The notes under the pieces were generated by a model. The model ran no database searches and was not told where the DNA came from. It was given only the letters and a program-made list of their open reading frames with translations. From the IMG/VR virus record IMGVR_UViG_3300035670_000851: 32,362 nt of DNA; one strand, given 5' to 3'. Origin of the DNA: a virus. This document shows positions 4,972-14,079 of the stretch, piece after piece; position 1 is the stretch's first letter, and each line of letters opens with the position of its first letter. The position numbers were made by a program, and so were the translations under genes.

Positions 4972-6185
4972 CTACAGTATGTTCCGGCATTGGTAGTCCA
5001 GAACAAGCGTTAAAAGAATTGGATATTCCGCATGAAATTGCATTTGCTTGTGAGATTGACAAATATGCAAGGCAGACCTATTTAGCAAATTTCACACCTA
5101 ATCAAATGTACACCGATTTAACCGCTGAAGAATGGGATAAGCCGGAACAGTATTCGGACTTGTTTATTGGTGGGATTCCATGCCAGGCGTTCAGTCTTGC
5201 CGGGAAACGATTAGGGGAATTAGATAAACGTGGTCTTTTGTTTTATGATTTTTACAGATACGTTAAGAATCAGCAGCCTAAAGTATTCATCATTGAAAAT
5301 GTCAAAGGGTTGTTATCTGATAATAATGGAATCACTTTTCAAAATTGGTGTGCTTTATTGGGCAGGTCAATGAATACCCATGTCAATATGTTTAATCATG
5401 ATGATTCATTGCTTTACAATCTGCATTTCAAAGTATTAAACTCCAAAGATTTTGGAGTGCCACAGAACAGGGAAAGGGTTTTTCTTGTTGGGGTTAGAAA
5501 TGATTTGCCAAATACTTTCCATTTCCAGATAGGAGAAAGATTAGCAAAAAGGCTAAAGGATATTTTGGAAAGCGAGGTTGATGAGAAGTATTATTTGAGT
5601 GATACCTGTATTAGTAGATTAACAAATGAAGGTAAAGGGCATAGAAGCGTAATAAAAAAAGAAAATGATATTGCTTGTACTGTTTTGGCTTCGGATTTCA
5701 AATTAGCCAGAGGTATGAATATTTTTCAAGAACCCTACTGCGTAGCTATGCGAGGGAGAAACCCAGAGAACCCATCCGATAGGACAACTGGTTCGCCAAT
5801 GGAACAAAGATTAGAACCTAATTCGCAAGGGATAACCAATACGATTACAAGCGTTCAAAAGGATAATTTGATAGTAGAATTTGAAATAGCCGATTATCGA
5901 GCAGATGAAGGTTTGAGAATTAGGGCAAATGGATTAAGTCCATGTATTAATTCATCAATCAGAGAGGCTGAATGGGATCCGAAAATCGGAACTCGCAATG
6001 CGCCAATAACATCAAACGGACACCGCATCCGCCGCCTCACTCCCTTAGAATGTATGCGCCTCCAAGGTTATCCCGATTCATTTATCAAGCCATGCTCAGA
6101 TAGTCAAACGTATAAACAAGCCGGTAATTCAATAACTGTAAACGTGATGAAAGCGATTATTAAAAATATTATACCAATTTTATGA
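4941..6185 (+). CDS. DNA (cytosine-5)-methyltransferase, orphan (no cognate endonuclease gene seen)
   Basis: C5-MTase motifs occur in the correct order: I ATVCSGIGS, IV GGIPCQAFS, VI IIENVKG, VIII QNRERVFLVG, then RRLTPLECMRLQGYP and X GNSITVNV. Confidence 0.9.
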   Translation: MGNPGQKIKIATVCSGIGSPEQALKELDIPHEIAFACEIDKYARQTYLANFTPNQMYTDLTAEEWDKPEQYSDLFIGGIPCQAFSLAGKRLGELDKRGLLFYDFYRYVKNQQPKVFIIENVKGLLSDNNGITFQNWCALLGRSMNTHVNMFNHDDSLLYNLHFKVLNSKDFGVPQNRERVFLVGVRNDLPNTFHFQIGERLAKRLKDILESEVDEKYYLSDTCISRLTNEGKGHRSVIKKENDIACTVLASDFKLARGMNIFQEPYCVAMRGRNPENPSDRTTGSPMEQRLEPNSQGITNTITSVQKDNLIVEFEIADYRADEGLRIRANGLSPCINSSIREAEWDPKIGTRNAPITSNGHRIRRLTPLECMRLQGYPDSFIKPCSDSQTYKQAGNSITVNVMKAIIKNIIPIL

Positions 6186-6625
6186 AAATAGACTACACCG
6201 ATCCGCTAAGCCAATACAAATCTCACAAAGCATACAAGCCAAAGATTCAACATGAATGGTCGGCCCAGTTGGCGTTTTGTAAATGGCTAAAGCTGCAACA
6301 TCCCGATATTCGGTTTCGTTCAGACATACAGTCTGCCGGTAAGCTATCTCCGCAGATGCAGAATATTAAACTAATCATTGATCCTTGGAGAGCATGGCCC
6401 GATATTCAGATTTATCACAAGGTTGGAAATTACTGTGGTCTTATGATAGAGATGAAAAGAATAGATTCTGGGACTTTTCTAAAGGATGGCAGTTTGTCAA
6501 GCCAAAAGCATGTGCAGGAACAAGCCGAGATGCACCAGTTTCTTAGAACTTTAGGCTGGTCGGTTTGTTTTGTCGAAGGCTTTGAGGAAGCAAAACAAGT
6601 TTTAGAAATTTATTTAAAAAATTAG
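6182..6625 (+). CDS. VRR-NUC-type PD-(D/E)xK nuclease (putative)
   Basis: WPDIQIY ... GLMIEMKR (D...ExK) followed by Q.HVQEQAEMHQFLRTLGWSVCFVEGFEEA matches the VRR-NUC layout. ATGA overlap with the methyltransferase gene. Confidence 0.55.
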   Translation: MKIDYTDPLSQYKSHKAYKPKIQHEWSAQLAFCKWLKLQHPDIRFRSDIQSAGKLSPQMQNIKLIIDPWRAWPDIQIYHKVGNYCGLMIEMKRIDSGTFLKDGSLSSQKHVQEQAEMHQFLRTLGWSVCFVEGFEEAKQVLEIYLKN

Positions 6626-6745
6626 TATATTGCAAACCAGCTACAACGTCATGAAAATATTAAAAAATTCCCTCCTGTTCTGTTTACTCATCATTCGATG
6701 GGGGCGTTGTAGCGACATCCTTAGAGCAGGGGGGTTATTTTAGTT

Positions 6746-8911
6746 ATGGATATTTCGCTATTTAATTCGCTACCAGAAAAGGGCAGACAACATATATCAG
6801 ATGCAAAAATATCTATTGCAGACTTTTTAAATGCAGTCAAATCTGGTAAGTACAAATCACAAATTGAACGGATTAGAACCGAGCAAGACAAAGCCAATCG
6901 TGATGCCCTAAAAAAGCAATTACCAGCGGTAACCATTTCGGGAATTTTTACTGAACGTAAATCGGAATTGTTAATTCAACATTCCGGGTTTATTCAAATT
7001 GATATTGATCATTTTTCCGATAAATCGGCATTGATTACAGATCCTTATACCTACTCACTATTTAAGTCCGCATCCGGTGGAGGTCTGGCAATAGTAGTAA
7101 AGATAAATCCCGATAAACACAAAGAATCTTTTAACTGGTTGCGGAATTACTATTTCCAGCAGTTTGGTATTGTCATTGATTCCGCGCCTCAAAACGTGGC
7201 TTCTTTAAGGTTCGTATCATACGATCCCGAATTGATAACAAATGAACGTTCAAAGGTCGCGCGTACGCTAACAGAAAAAAAATATGTTAGTAAGTCACTA
7301 CCGATAATAGTTGATGGCACAGAGGTCTCGGAAATGGTTCAGGAGTGCGTAAACTTAGGTCATAACCTTGCACCAGATTATGATTCATATTTAAAGTTGG
7401 GGTTTGCACTTGCGCAAGGTTTTGAGGAGAAAGGGCGCGAGTATTTTCACGCGCTTTGCTCGGTCTCTGAAAAATATGATAGCCGACATGCTGACAAGCA
7501 ATATACTATCTGTTTAAAGGGTAATAAGTCTGGAATAACTGCCGGTACTTTCTACTGGATGCTTAAACAAGTCGGCATACATGCTCCGGAAAGTCAAAAG
7601 AAAGCAGTCCAGGTGGCAACACTTGGCAAACGTGCCGGGCAAAACCCTGAACAAGTAAAAAAACAAATACAACAAATTGTCGGCGTTGATGAAAAACAAG
7701 CGAGTAAATTAGTTGATGAGGTTTTTAAACGTGATGATATTTCTATTAAGTCAGCTTCGGGCGATCCTGATCATCTGATACAAGCATTAACTGAATGGAT
7801 GAAACAGAATCATCCGATGAAAGTAAATTCTATTACTCGAATTATTGAAGAAAAAGGTAATGAAGTTCGCCGAGAACGGATTAATTCTATCTATTTACGC
7901 GCCAGAATGTTCTTTAATACTAAGGATATAACCAAGGATTTGGTAGAATCTTACATTTTTAGTGACTTTATCTCTGAATATAACCCAATAACCGAATACA
8001 TTAATAAGAATCTGCATCGTAAATCAGTCGGAAACATCACAGATTTGGCAAAGTGCATTAGATCTAATACCGAAATGAAGGAAATATTTGTTCGTAAATG
8101 GCTTATTTCTTTAATTGCTGCATACAAAGGTGCGCCAGTTAGATCGGTATTGTCTTTAGTTGGTGGTCAAAACTCAGGAAAAACCGAATGGTTTAGAAGG
8201 CTACTGCCTACTGAACTAAAGAAATATTATGCCGAATCAAAGCTGGATGCCGGGAAGGATGATGACATATTGATGTGTCAAAAGCTAATCGTAATGGATG
8301 ATGAGATGGGCGGTAAATCAAAGCAGGATGAGAAGAGATTTAAGGAATTAACATCAAAATCTATCTTCTCATTACGCGCACCTTATGCCCGGTCAAACGA
8401 AGATTTTAAACGCCTGGCAGTTCTTTGCGGAACATCAAATGATCCTGAAATTATAAATGATCCTACCGGCAACACTCGAATCCTACCGATTGAGGTACTT
8501 AGCATTGATCATGAACTCTACAACTCAATAGATAAAGATGAACTCTTTATGGAGATTTATCGGGCCTATGAATTAGGCGAGGAATGGCAATTATCAAATG
8601 AGGAATTAGCCTTGCTTGATGGCGTAGGAAAAGACTTCCAGAGCATAGCTTTTGAACGTGAATTGATTCTAAAATTCTTTAAATCTTCTGATCTCGGAGG
8701 CTATTCTGAATGGATGACCGCTACTGAAATTAAAGATTTTATTGAAGCAAATACGAAACAAAAAATACATTCGATGCGAAAATTTGGTATGGAATTGACT
8801 AAAGTTTTTGGAAAATCTAAGTCAAAATCAGTAAATGGGGTAATTCTTAATAGGTACGAGGTTATCCGGTTAAACTCTCAAAGCATTGATAGTCAAGAAG
8901 TTAATTTCTAA
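6746..8911 (+). CDS. Primase-helicase type replication protein (VirE/D5-like P-loop NTPase with an N-terminal primase-like region)
   Basis: Walker A GGQNSGKT and Walker B LIVMDDEMGG lie in the C-terminal half. The N-terminal GFIQIDIDHF block is as in VirE_N/BT4734-like primase domains. At 721 aa, its size and position are typical for a phage replicase. Confidence 0.75.
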   Translation: MDISLFNSLPEKGRQHISDAKISIADFLNAVKSGKYKSQIERIRTEQDKANRDALKKQLPAVTISGIFTERKSELLIQHSGFIQIDIDHFSDKSALITDPYTYSLFKSASGGGLAIVVKINPDKHKESFNWLRNYYFQQFGIVIDSAPQNVASLRFVSYDPELITNERSKVARTLTEKKYVSKSLPIIVDGTEVSEMVQECVNLGHNLAPDYDSYLKLGFALAQGFEEKGREYFHALCSVSEKYDSRHADKQYTICLKGNKSGITAGTFYWMLKQVGIHAPESQKKAVQVATLGKRAGQNPEQVKKQIQQIVGVDEKQASKLVDEVFKRDDISIKSASGDPDHLIQALTEWMKQNHPMKVNSITRIIEEKGNEVRRERINSIYLRARMFFNTKDITKDLVESYIFSDFISEYNPITEYINKNLHRKSVGNITDLAKCIRSNTEMKEIFVRKWLISLIAAYKGAPVRSVLSLVGGQNSGKTEWFRRLLPTELKKYYAESKLDAGKDDDILMCQKLIVMDDEMGGKSKQDEKRFKELTSKSIFSLRAPYARSNEDFKRLAVLCGTSNDPEIINDPTGNTRILPIEVLSIDHELYNSIDKDELFMEIYRAYELGEEWQLSNEELALLDGVGKDFQSIAFERELILKFFKSSDLGGYSEWMTATEIKDFIEANTKQKIHSMRKFGMELTKVFGKSKSKSVNGVILNRYEVIRLNSQSIDSQEVNF

Positions 8912-9135
8912 CCTTAATAGGTTAATAGGTTAATAGGTAAAAGTGAGTTAGTTTATTTCTACAACATAGCAACAAAAAAAAACATGATTATATTATACAG
9001 AAACATTAATTATATATATATATCCTATTAACCTATTAAGATTATATAAATATGTACTTTAAGATACCAACAAGCAAGAAAAATCTTAATAGGATAGAAA
9101 AATTTATCCTATTAACTATCCTATTAACCTATTAA
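8847..9135. repeat. Iteron array: ten copies of the 8-mer TTAATAGG (5 forward, 5 inverted) flanking an AT-rich/(TA)n core; putative replication origin
   Basis: Forward copies: 8847-8854, 8914-8921, 8922-8929, 8930-8937, 9086-9093. CCTATTAA copies: 9024-9031, 9032-9039, 9108-9115, 9120-9127, 9128-9135. There is an A9 run and a TATATATATATAT tract near 8975-9023. TTAATAGGAT (9086-9095) and ATCCTATTAA (9106-9115) form a palindrome. Confidence 0.6.
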
Positions 9136-9137
9136 CT

Positions 9138-9356
9138 ATGCAAACAGACAAAAACCTACAAAAATGCTGGGCGATTTTAGATAAATTGCAACCAGCCGAA
9201 ATCATGGAACTGAAGCGAATCCCGGTAGATCGGCGCGAGGTCTTTATAAGCTGCGCCAAACAATATGCCGACACTTACCACAATTTAACATTCAATAACA
9301 ATTACACCAAACTTAGAAAAGATGAAAACACCAATCACACCAGAAGCCTTAATTGA
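9138..9356 (+). CDS. Hypothetical protein (72 aa)
   Basis: ORF track. Starts 2 nt after the last iteron. Confidence 0.5.
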   Translation: MQTDKNLQKCWAILDKLQPAEIMELKRIPVDRREVFISCAKQYADTYHNLTFNNNYTKLRKDENTNHTRSLN

Positions 9357-9543
9357 ATTAGGATTTGTAGATTCCTCTTATCCTGAAGATGGAGTATTTA
9401 ATGATTACACCTATCACGATGAAAAGTTTAGTATTAATTTCTATGGGAATAACATTCTTGAAATACAATTCTTTGATGAATGGATTACAACCAATGCCAA
9501 AACAATGGAAGATATTCAGGAGTTGATAAGATTGTTTAAATGA
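9322..9543 (+). CDS. Hypothetical acidic protein (73 aa)
   Basis: ORF track. Overlaps the upstream ORF by 35 nt. Confidence 0.5.
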   Translation: MKTPITPEALIELGFVDSSYPEDGVFNDYTYHDEKFSINFYGNNILEIQFFDEWITTNAKTMEDIQELIRLFK

Positions 9544-9556
9544 TTGTACAATTTTA

Positions 9557-9564
9557 TACCTTTG
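9557..9564 (+). promoter_or_regulatory. Candidate -7 box (TACCTTTG) ahead of the packaging/structural genes
   Basis: Exact TAnnTTTG match 43 nt upstream of the terS ATG. The -33 element is only weak (ATTG/TTTA near 9531-9538). Confidence 0.3.
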
Positions 9565-9606
9565 TTTTGAAAAATTAGTTAACTGAATAAAACTAAATAT
9601 TTTGAA

Positions 9607-9912
9607 ATGGCAGATGGTAGAAAAAACAATAGTGGCAAGATAGGTAATAATGGAGGCAGACCGCCAAAGTCCGAAGAGATAGCACTAATTGCAAGGTTAT
9701 CACCTATGGATGATTTAGCTTTAAAATTGTTAAATGATAAACTAGAAGAGGGCGATATGGCAGCGCTTAAAATGTTTATGGAATACAGATGGAGCAAACC
9801 TAAACAAGAGGTTTCCGTTGATGGGGATTTAATGTTAAGCATCCCAGCTCCAGTTATTTACAATACTGCACCGCCATTGGCAAGTAATGAAAATGATGTA
9901 GAAAATGTTTAA
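9607..9912 (+). CDS. Terminase small subunit (putative)
   Basis: A small protein directly upstream of, and overlapping, terL. It has an N-terminal basic GGRPPKSEE segment typical of HTH-type small terminases. The call is mainly positional. Confidence 0.45.
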   Translation: MADGRKNNSGKIGNNGGRPPKSEEIALIARLSPMDDLALKLLNDKLEEGDMAALKMFMEYRWSKPKQEVSVDGDLMLSIPAPVIYNTAPPLASNENDVENV

Positions 9913-11071
9913 ATGCTCACCAGTCTTTTATAAAAATTATGAGGCTAAGGAAAAGGTCCTAATTAATCAAGGCGGCACATCTTCTTCTAAAACTTATTCA
10001 TTGATGCAATTGCTTTTTTACAAAGCAGTTACAGAGCAGAGATCAGTTATAACAGTAGCCGGTGAATCATTACCTAACTTGCGAAAGGGCGCTTACAGGG
10101 ATGCGGAAAATATCTTCTCAGATAACAAATACCTACAATCTCAGCTAAAGTTCTGGAATAAAACAGAACGAATCATCTATTTTAAAAACGGATCGCTAAT
10201 AGAATTCGTATCTTTTGAGAATGAGCAGTCAGCAAAGAATGGTAAGCGTGATTACCTATTTGTCAATGAGGCTAATGGTATAAGCTATCAAATCTACTGG
10301 CAGTTAGCAATCAGGACAAAAAACCAAATATTTATAGATTACAATCCAACTAATGAGTTTTGGGCGCATACTAAGCTAATCGGTCAGCCAGATACTAAGC
10401 TAATCATATCGGACCATCGGCATAATCCGTTTATATCGGAAGAGGATCATCAAAGGATCGAAGCTATAAAGGATTTAGACTTGGAACTGTGGCGAGTATA
10501 TGCCAGAGGTTTGACCGGCAAGATTGAGGGCGTAATCTTTAGGAACTGGGCCATCTGTGAACGAATACCAGAAGATGCAGAACTTATAAGCTATGGCATT
10601 GACTTTGGTTTTACCAATGATCCGACCGGCATCATAGAAGTTTACAAATCAGGAGGAGAGTTATGGGTAAACGAGATGTGTTATGAAAAAAGGCTGACCA
10701 ATATGGATATATGCCGGAAGCTGCGAGAATTTGGAGTGACAGAGGATCAGGAGATAATAGCAGATAGTGCAGAGCCAAAATCCATACAAGAAATTTACGC
10801 AGAAGGATTTAATATTCATGGCGCAATGAAAGGACCGGACAGTATCAAGCAAGGCATTGACATCCTTAAAAGATATAAAATAAATATTACCGCAAATAGC
10901 CATAACTTTAAAAAGGAATTATTTAGTTACATTTGGAAAAAAGATAAAACAGGCAGGATGCTGAATGAGCCTATTGATTCTTTCAACCACTTAATAGATC
11001 CGTTACGTTATGTGGCATTAAACAAGTTAGCATCTAAAATTAAACAAGAATATTCATTTGATTGGAACTAA
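9905..11071 (+). CDS. terL: Terminase large subunit (PBSX/Terminase_3-like)
   Basis: Walker A-like QGGTSSSKT, Walker B LFVNEAN, and nuclease-domain acidic blocks (IDYNP, GIDFGFTNDPT, DSAEP). It is followed by the portal gene. Confidence 0.9.
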   Translation: MFKCSPVFYKNYEAKEKVLINQGGTSSSKTYSLMQLLFYKAVTEQRSVITVAGESLPNLRKGAYRDAENIFSDNKYLQSQLKFWNKTERIIYFKNGSLIEFVSFENEQSAKNGKRDYLFVNEANGISYQIYWQLAIRTKNQIFIDYNPTNEFWAHTKLIGQPDTKLIISDHRHNPFISEEDHQRIEAIKDLDLELWRVYARGLTGKIEGVIFRNWAICERIPEDAELISYGIDFGFTNDPTGIIEVYKSGGELWVNEMCYEKRLTNMDICRKLREFGVTEDQEIIADSAEPKSIQEIYAEGFNIHGAMKGPDSIKQGIDILKRYKINITANSHNFKKELFSYIWKKDKTGRMLNEPIDSFNHLIDPLRYVALNKLASKIKQEYSFDWN

Positions 11072-12515
11072 AATGGGCGTATTTTCTAAAATATTCAGAG
11101 CTGATATAGAAAAAGCAGCTACTACTCAGTTAGAGGCTTTAATGCCTGGACTTCAGCAACAAATAACCGCTAACCTGTATAATCAAAACGTATTTGGTTG
11201 GATTGGTAACAATCAGGTAATAGTTGATTTCGAGGACAAGGTAAAATTTGTAGATGAAGGGTTTAAGAAAAACGCGGATGTTTATACTTGTATTGATATT
11301 ATCTCAAAGAAAATAGCAGAGTGCGCTTATGCTCTTTATGAGATTAAAGAGGGCGTGACTAAAAAGGATCTAAAGGTTTATGAAAATATGTCTTTAGCTG
11401 AAGGACCAACTGCTAAGATGCGGACTTTGCAATTAAAAGAGCAGATGTTTAACCAGATTGAGAGCAATCCAATTCTAGACTTATTGGCAAAACCTAATCC
11501 TCAGCAAACGTATGAGGAATGGATGACTGATCTAGCTGGTTTCTTTTTGTGTACCGGCGATGGTTATATTTTTGGAAATGGCAAGGATCCTGCAATGACT
11601 GAAAAACAAATCTGGTCACAACTTTATTCTTTGCCATCACAATTTATAGAGATTATCTCAGGCGGAATGTTTGAGCCTATCAAGGGTTATCAGATGCGAT
11701 CGGTTTACATGACCGAAGTTCCAATACCGGCCAATCAAGTTGTTCACTTTAAATCCTTTAATCCAGACTTTACGCTAACAGGTGCGCAATTGTACGGACA
11801 GTCACCAATAAAAGCTATTTACCGGAATGTACTAAAAGAGAATGAAGGCGATAACGAATTACTCAAGCAAATCCGTAACGGAGGCGCTATGGGTTTTATA
11901 TCACCAGATGGATCAGGCGCAAGTTTGACTAAAGATCAAATGAACGTACTCAAAGAAAAGATCATTGATGCTAAACGTGGCGAAACTTTAATGGATCGTA
12001 TATTCCCATCATCTGGTCCGCTTAAATGGACTCAGATAGGATTGCCATCAACTGATTTGCAGTTAATCGAATCGCTAAACATTGATACCAGAAAGATATA
12101 TGCAGCGTTTCACGTTCCTATTCAGTTTTCAGGTAGTGAAGAAGCATCAACGGACAATAATATGGGTTGGGCATCTAAGCAGTTAATCTACAATGCAACT
12201 GCTCCACTATCTCGCAAGATCAGAGATGCTATCAATAAGTTTGTTTGCGAACCATACGCTAAAGCATACGGAAAGAAATACTACTTTGATTTTGATTTTA
12301 GTAGTTATCCTGAGATGCAGGAGGATATGGCTAAACTGACTACATGGTTAGCTAACTCATATTGGATTACTCCAGATGAGAAACGTATAGCTCAGGGTTA
12401 TGACAAGATCAGCACTCCAGAGATGCAGAATATTTATGTTCCGGCTAACTTAGTTCCAATTGAGGATTTATCTTTAGATCAGGCGTATAACAATGCAACT
12501 ATAAATGGCAAGTAG
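11058..12515 (+). CDS. Portal protein
   Basis: A 485-aa protein immediately after terL and before the MuF-like and protease genes. Size and order match HK97/SPP1-type portals. Confidence 0.8.
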   Translation: MIGTKMGVFSKIFRADIEKAATTQLEALMPGLQQQITANLYNQNVFGWIGNNQVIVDFEDKVKFVDEGFKKNADVYTCIDIISKKIAECAYALYEIKEGVTKKDLKVYENMSLAEGPTAKMRTLQLKEQMFNQIESNPILDLLAKPNPQQTYEEWMTDLAGFFLCTGDGYIFGNGKDPAMTEKQIWSQLYSLPSQFIEIISGGMFEPIKGYQMRSVYMTEVPIPANQVVHFKSFNPDFTLTGAQLYGQSPIKAIYRNVLKENEGDNELLKQIRNGGAMGFISPDGSGASLTKDQMNVLKEKIIDAKRGETLMDRIFPSSGPLKWTQIGLPSTDLQLIESLNIDTRKIYAAFHVPIQFSGSEEASTDNNMGWASKQLIYNATAPLSRKIRDAINKFVCEPYAKAYGKKYYFDFDFSSYPEMQEDMAKLTTWLANSYWITPDEKRIAQGYDKISTPEMQNIYVPANLVPIEDLSLDQAYNNATINGK

Positions 12516-13332
12516 TGTTAAATATCACAAAACGTATTTAAGGCTGCATAAAGAGTATGAGGCTTATGCTTATCCTATAATTAAGAAAGCCTTGGATGAC
12601 CAGACAAGCGCAGTTGCTGATTTTGTCAATCAGGATAACTTTGATAACATTGATTTATACATTGAGTTCTTAGTTCAGCAGAAACCTTTATACAACGGAT
12701 TAGAAAAAATCTACACCAAGGTCGGCGTATCAGCTGCTACTTTCTCTTATGACTGGATTCGTAATTCAGTACCTAAAACCAAAAAGGATTTTATTATAGA
12801 TTTCTTTAATGCCGCATGGTACGAAGAGATGGTAAACTACTTTAGACTAATCGGAGGCACTAAGGTTACAGGCATTGATGATACTACTAGAAATATTGTA
12901 AAAAACTTATTGGCTAATATTTTAGGACAAAATTTGTCCAGAAGAGAACAGGCAAAGCTATTTGAAGAAAGCCTAAATGATCCAGCGTTTAACAGAGCAA
13001 GGTCTTTGGTTATAGCGAGAACAGAAGCTACTACTGCGGCAAACTTCGGAATTAATATGGGCGCTGAAAGTTCAGATTATGAAGTTGTAAAGTTTTGGAT
13101 TAATACTAGAGATTCTAGAGCCAGACCTTCGCATCTGGCAATGACTAAAGATCGTATTGCATTAAATCAGCCTTTTATGGTTGGTGGAACTCCAATGATG
13201 TATCCAGGTGAAGTTGGCGCACCTGCGGCTGAAGTTGTTAATTGCAGATGCGTTATGGCTACTGAAGCATTAAAGGATGATGATGGGTTGCCGATATTAA
13301 AACCGAGAACTCCTGAATATTTAAAAAGATAA
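12505..13332 (+). CDS. Head morphogenesis protein (Mu F / SPP1 gp7-like)
   Basis: Positioned after the portal. The C-terminal block RTEATTAANFG ... SRARPSH ... VNCRCV is characteristic of the Phage_Mu_F domain. Confidence 0.7.
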   Translation: MASSVKYHKTYLRLHKEYEAYAYPIIKKALDDQTSAVADFVNQDNFDNIDLYIEFLVQQKPLYNGLEKIYTKVGVSAATFSYDWIRNSVPKTKKDFIIDFFNAAWYEEMVNYFRLIGGTKVTGIDDTTRNIVKNLLANILGQNLSRREQAKLFEESLNDPAFNRARSLVIARTEATTAANFGINMGAESSDYEVVKFWINTRDSRARPSHLAMTKDRIALNQPFMVGGTPMMYPGEVGAPAAEVVNCRCVMATEALKDDDGLPILKPRTPEYLKR

Positions 13333-13368
13333 TTAAAATAAAAGTATATTTACAGAAATTTTTCTCTT

Positions 13369-14076
13369 ATGAAAGGATTATTAGAATATAAGAACTTTAA
13401 AGCCGAGATCAAGGACATGGATCCTCAAAGGATGACTGTTACCGGATACTTTGCTAGTTTCGGGAATATGGATTATGATGATGATATTATAATGCCAGGC
13501 GCAGCGACTAAAACAATTGCAGAACGTGGTCCTATGGGATCGAATGAAATATTCTTTTTAAATCAGCATAACTGGTCACAACCTCATGGCAAACCAATGG
13601 TACTAGAGGCGCAGGAAAAAGGTATTTATTTTGAGAGTTCTATTGCACCTACTTCATACGGAAAGGATGCAATGATTCTTTATGCTGAAGGTATTGTTGT
13701 CCAGCATTCAATTGGATTTAGTACAGTCAAGTCTGACTATGATCAAAAGACAGGAACAAGAATTATCAAAGAGATTAAATTATATGAAGGATCTAACGTA
13801 ACTTTAGGCGCTAATCCTGAGACACCATTTACAGGCTTTAAGTCTTTGACAATGGCGGAGATCAACGATCAGATAGGTAAAATGATTAAGCTATTAAAAG
13901 ATGGTAGCTTAACGGATGAAGGTTTTGGTAGATTGGAAATAGCATTAAAGCAATTCCAATTGGAAGCCTTCAATTTAGGTAAAAATTCACTATTAGATAA
14001 AGAGCCGGTAATTCCCACTCCAGATGCTAATGAGCCGAATATATTAACAAGTTTAATTAACGTATTACAAAATTAA
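13369..14076 (+). CDS. Prohead serine protease (HK97 family), possibly with a C-terminal scaffold-like helix
   Basis: VTGYFASFGNMDYDDDIIMPGA and HSIGF blocks as in HK97-type prohead proteases. It lies directly upstream of the capsid gene. Confidence 0.75.
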   Translation: MKGLLEYKNFKAEIKDMDPQRMTVTGYFASFGNMDYDDDIIMPGAATKTIAERGPMGSNEIFFLNQHNWSQPHGKPMVLEAQEKGIYFESSIAPTSYGKDAMILYAEGIVVQHSIGFSTVKSDYDQKTGTRIIKEIKLYEGSNVTLGANPETPFTGFKSLTMAEINDQIGKMIKLLKDGSLTDEGFGRLEIALKQFQLEAFNLGKNSLLDKEPVIPTPDANEPNILTSLINVLQN

Positions 14077-14079
14077 AAA

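Noticed and set aside
4754-5062. Minus-strand ORFs 4754-5062 and 4824-5006.
   Set aside because: They are antisense to the 77-aa ORF and to the N-terminus of the C5-methyltransferase, which contains motif I.
6721-7699. Minus-strand ORFs 6721-6936 and 7514-7699.
   Set aside because: They are antisense to the primase-helicase gene.
8914-9135. A short-repeat array that could at first glance be taken for a CRISPR array.
   Set aside because: The repeat unit is only 8 bp. Copies are contiguous or irregularly spaced and occur in both orientations. There are no spacer-sized (about 30 bp) unique intervals and no cas genes. It is better explained as origin iterons.
9579-10903. Minus-strand ORFs 9579-9842 and 10661-10903.
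   Set aside because: They are antisense to the terS and terL genes. Their products are low-complexity Ser/Leu/Ile-rich.
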